A stretch of 64,000 nucleotides of DNA from Toensbergia leucococca (taxonomy: Eukaryota), in the NCBI GenBank assembly GCA_022813965.1, contig JALDZS010000123.1:1-64000 (forward strand). Reading direction: 5' to 3'. Made by a program: the position numbers and the translations under genes. Positions 61,200 through 64,000 of this stretch are shown piece by piece. Under the pieces are notes generated by a model. The model made no database searches, was not told the origin of the DNA, and worked only from the letters and a program-made list of their open reading frames with translations. How positions within the stretch are numbered: position 1 is the first letter of the stretch; each line of letters starts with the position of its first letter.

Positions 61200-61465
61200 G
61201 AAGCCTTGGAAGTCTCCTGTCTTGTGGCTCGACTCGAAACAAGGTGCTCCCTATCACTATACTTTGCTGTAGGTAAATGCGAATCTTGGAGTGTGCGGCA
61301 ATAATCCCTTTCTGTTATCTTATATGTTGGGATTTCCTCGCCCGTTTCAATTTACTTGTTCACCCCCTAGCATTCAAACGGCAATGTATGGGGTACAAAG
61401 GAATAGTGCCTGGCAGAACATGGCAAGAACGACTCTAAGAGACTGGCTTTGAGAAAAACTGCGCG

Positions 61466-61468
61466 NNN
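61466..61468. other. Ambiguous bases / assembly gap (NNN)
   Basis: nnn in the sequence. Confidence 1.
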
Positions 61469-63859
61469 TACAAAGGCTCTCTATGTGGATTCCATCCCGT
61501 CAAACCCTTTCCAGAATAGGGTAAGCGAACTTTTGTGATGTTCAAAGAAATTAGACCAATCGTTGAGTCTTGTGGCCAGTCCACAAGATCACTGCACCCA
61601 ATCGTTCAACCCGATCAGAAATCCACTCTCGTCTCTTTCGCATTCGACATTTCCTCCGCCTGCAGTCCATACCGAAAATCTTTCACACACACTGAGGCTA
61701 CCCAGGGCCACTGTGACGCCCCGGAAGAGAACCAGGCTGCCGGTTTTGGTCCTATAGGCGCCTATGGATACTAGTCCTTGCCAAGCACCAGAGCCAAGTA
61801 ATCGCTCACGCTTAGGCCCACTGACCACACAGCTAGATCCTCTCCCAGCTGCGGAAGTTGCTATTATCAGGGCTGTCTCAGACTGGGTTTGAGGAGAATC
61901 TTTCTGCAATTCGTTAGCGCGACCGATCCAAGTTGATGTGTTTCCACCTGCAAAGATTCCACAGATGATAGCGAAGAGGTAAAGAATAGATTGAAAGAGC
62001 GCGAAACTCCAACCGGCATGGCCGAGCCAAGTGCCGAAGTGATTAAAACTGTCAACATATGATATCGATCGATGAGCAACCCAAATGAATTTCATGCCGA
62101 CTCTAGAAGCTGTATTTAGTAGTGATGTACCGAGTGTTGCTGCCACAAGTGACAGGCCAATAGATGATGCAAATTCTGATACGCAATGATAATCAGAAAA
62201 ACTCATGAAAAGTATTGCCGTTCACAAGATCTGAAGACACATACCTGGGACTTGGATCTGTAGTATGAAAAACCCAAAGCCTTGGATCATGTTTCCACAT
62301 TAGAAGATCTAGGACATGGGGGTTCGAACGAATGCGAAATCCGTGGAGAGTGCACCACCCTTTGCGGGAAGCGGTACTCGAGGTGCGGTACTCGAGGTGT
62401 GACACACCTAAGCAACAGCGCTATGGAGATGAACTGGACGGGGTTTTCGTACAGTCAGCTCTCGGAAAGCAGCACTTGGGTTGTCGTGTTCTCAAGACGA
62501 TGACTTCTTACCATAGTCACAGGCAATACTCCCGAGGTCGCACGATACGCAAACTTCATCAGCCTCCAACTCAATACAAAGGCCATCAGGGTGCCGGTGG
62601 CAGATGCCGATTCCCGCCTAAAACATCCCAAAGGCCAGCCCTTTCCGCTCTATGAATCGCCCTTCTAGATAGAATTCAAAAGGATTGTGAATCAGTGATG
62701 CGCCAGCTCCATAAAGAAGCCGTTGGGTGAGGATCAGATGAGTCACACACTCAGTAAACACACTCAGTAAAGGAGGCGACAATCGAAGAGTTTGTGACGG
62801 GGTGAAGTATGAAAGCCACTATCATTCAATCAGACCTTGCAGTCTTGAGAGTGCATGAGAGCTCGCGATCCTGTGGTTGCTGTTGTAGGACTGCCTTTCT
62901 CCCGAGGTCTGCCGGAGAGATTGCGCCGCGGATTGCGTTGTGATTATCGCTGTGTTATTTTCCAAGACCATTTTCGATGGTGCGATAAGATGGAAAAGGT
63001 GAAGATGGGTCTTGCTCTTTAGTACTATTAGGTCCATGCGACATGGCCTCACTTCCGGGTCATAGTTCTCTAGAGCATCTTCTTTTTTATAATGTGAGGC
63101 AGCCGCAACTACAACAGAAGCAAATACATCAACGAAAACAAGTGCTGCCGAGATAGATGGTAGGGTAAGTATCAAAATTGGATGACATGAGGGGACAATC
63201 GTGGCAATCGTGGTATGTAGCTGGTGGTATGGCAATTGTGCGAAAGTGTCAGCTAAGCTCATTGGGGTCAATCTAGATACCTCAGCTACCTTACTCTGAA
63301 GTGAGTATGAGCGCCAGTCGTGCATTGCAATCGAGCCAATCGATTCCATAGCCGCAGGCCATTCGATTGAAAGCCACGAACATCGAGATACAGATCCGAT
63401 GCCATCCCAACAAATTATCGAGTAAGATGGGCGACGTCTAAGCTCAGCATGGCGCCTTGCTAGAGACTTAGAATACCCACTAGTCACTATTGACATGCAG
63501 GGGCTGCTCTACCCAGCCGAGACTCAAGCTCACTGATTGGCCAAATCCGATTCGTGGCTGGCTGAATTGTGGAACGCTACAGACGGTGACTGTAGCCCAC
63601 GCTTTGTTAGTGACTGGCATTTGAGCATTATTATCGGTTTCCTGGGAATCCAGCAATCTGTCGGCCCTGACTAAGAACACCCGAGTGTGCTAGTCGACGA
63701 GTGAGACAATTCTTCATGCCTCGACGCTTGCAGGGTGCATCGTTATTTGTTGGCGCTTTGGTGATTGCACGGTTACCATGTCCCCGAAAACCTCATGTGC
63801 TTGGAAGACTTTGTCAAAAGTACCCGTGAGGTTCTTGTGACAAAAGCAACGGCCGAATC

Positions 63860-64000
63860 ATGGCCTCTTCAACGCTATCGTATACCGATCTTTTGATCAT
63901 TGGCGCTGGCCCCGCTGGCATGATGGCCGCCGCTTGGGCCAGTCAATACAATATCTCCACACGAATTATTGACAAGAACGACGCGAGAACCCCCACTGGC
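63860..64000 (+). CDS. FAD-dependent monooxygenase (phenol 2-monooxygenase-like), 5' end, truncated by the window
   Basis: MASSTLSYTDLLIIGAGPAGMMAAAWASQYNISTRIIDK: GxGxxG Rossmann motif; absent from the ORF track. Confidence 0.85.
   Translation, partial: MASSTLSYTDLLIIGAGPAGMMAAAWASQYNISTRIIDKNDARTPTG

Noticed and set aside
61589..63680. Minus-strand ORFs of 205 and 224 aa plus small tandem duplications (14 bp at 62371-62398; 13 bp at 62745-62770)
   Set aside because: No recognisable motifs or coherent splice model; may be a decayed gene but cannot be supported.
1..64000. tRNA, rRNA, CRISPR arrays, telomeric repeats
   Set aside because: None recognised by eye; intron-containing tRNAs could be missed without tRNAscan-SE.

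Overview
Eukaryotic DNA from a filamentous ascomycete (Pezizomycotina). Short GT/GC-AG introns with CTRAC branch points are frequent. The secreted-protein families resemble those of lichen-forming fungi (inference only). Conserved genes: HSL-type lipase, Zn2Cys6 transcription factor, PTH11-like membrane protein, BTN1, tannase/feruloyl esterase, FMT1, ARG8, SDH8, TRP5, SRPK-like kinase, a YVC1-family channel and the 5' end of an FAD monooxygenase. Between them lie accessory genes, several with a cell-death/non-self-recognition character. The best candidate for an undescribed system is a head-to-head pair at 21.5-26.7 kb: a HeLo-like + degenerate-kinase-like protein (MLKL-like layout, carrying a 1-bp frameshift) and a CorA-like two-TM protein whose own N-terminus shares the RLDIW helix motif. 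Also present: a divergent caspase-fold (clan CD)-like protease, a degenerate trypsin-fold gene with a microsatellite frameshift, a hydrophobic protein with tandem UBZ4-type fingers, a decayed HET relic, two paralogous small secreted proteins with a shared intron, CpG-depleted low-complexity spacers and repeated local GC-skew switches. No rRNA, tRNA, CRISPR or intact transposon was recognised. All family calls are from motif recognition by eye, not database searches.
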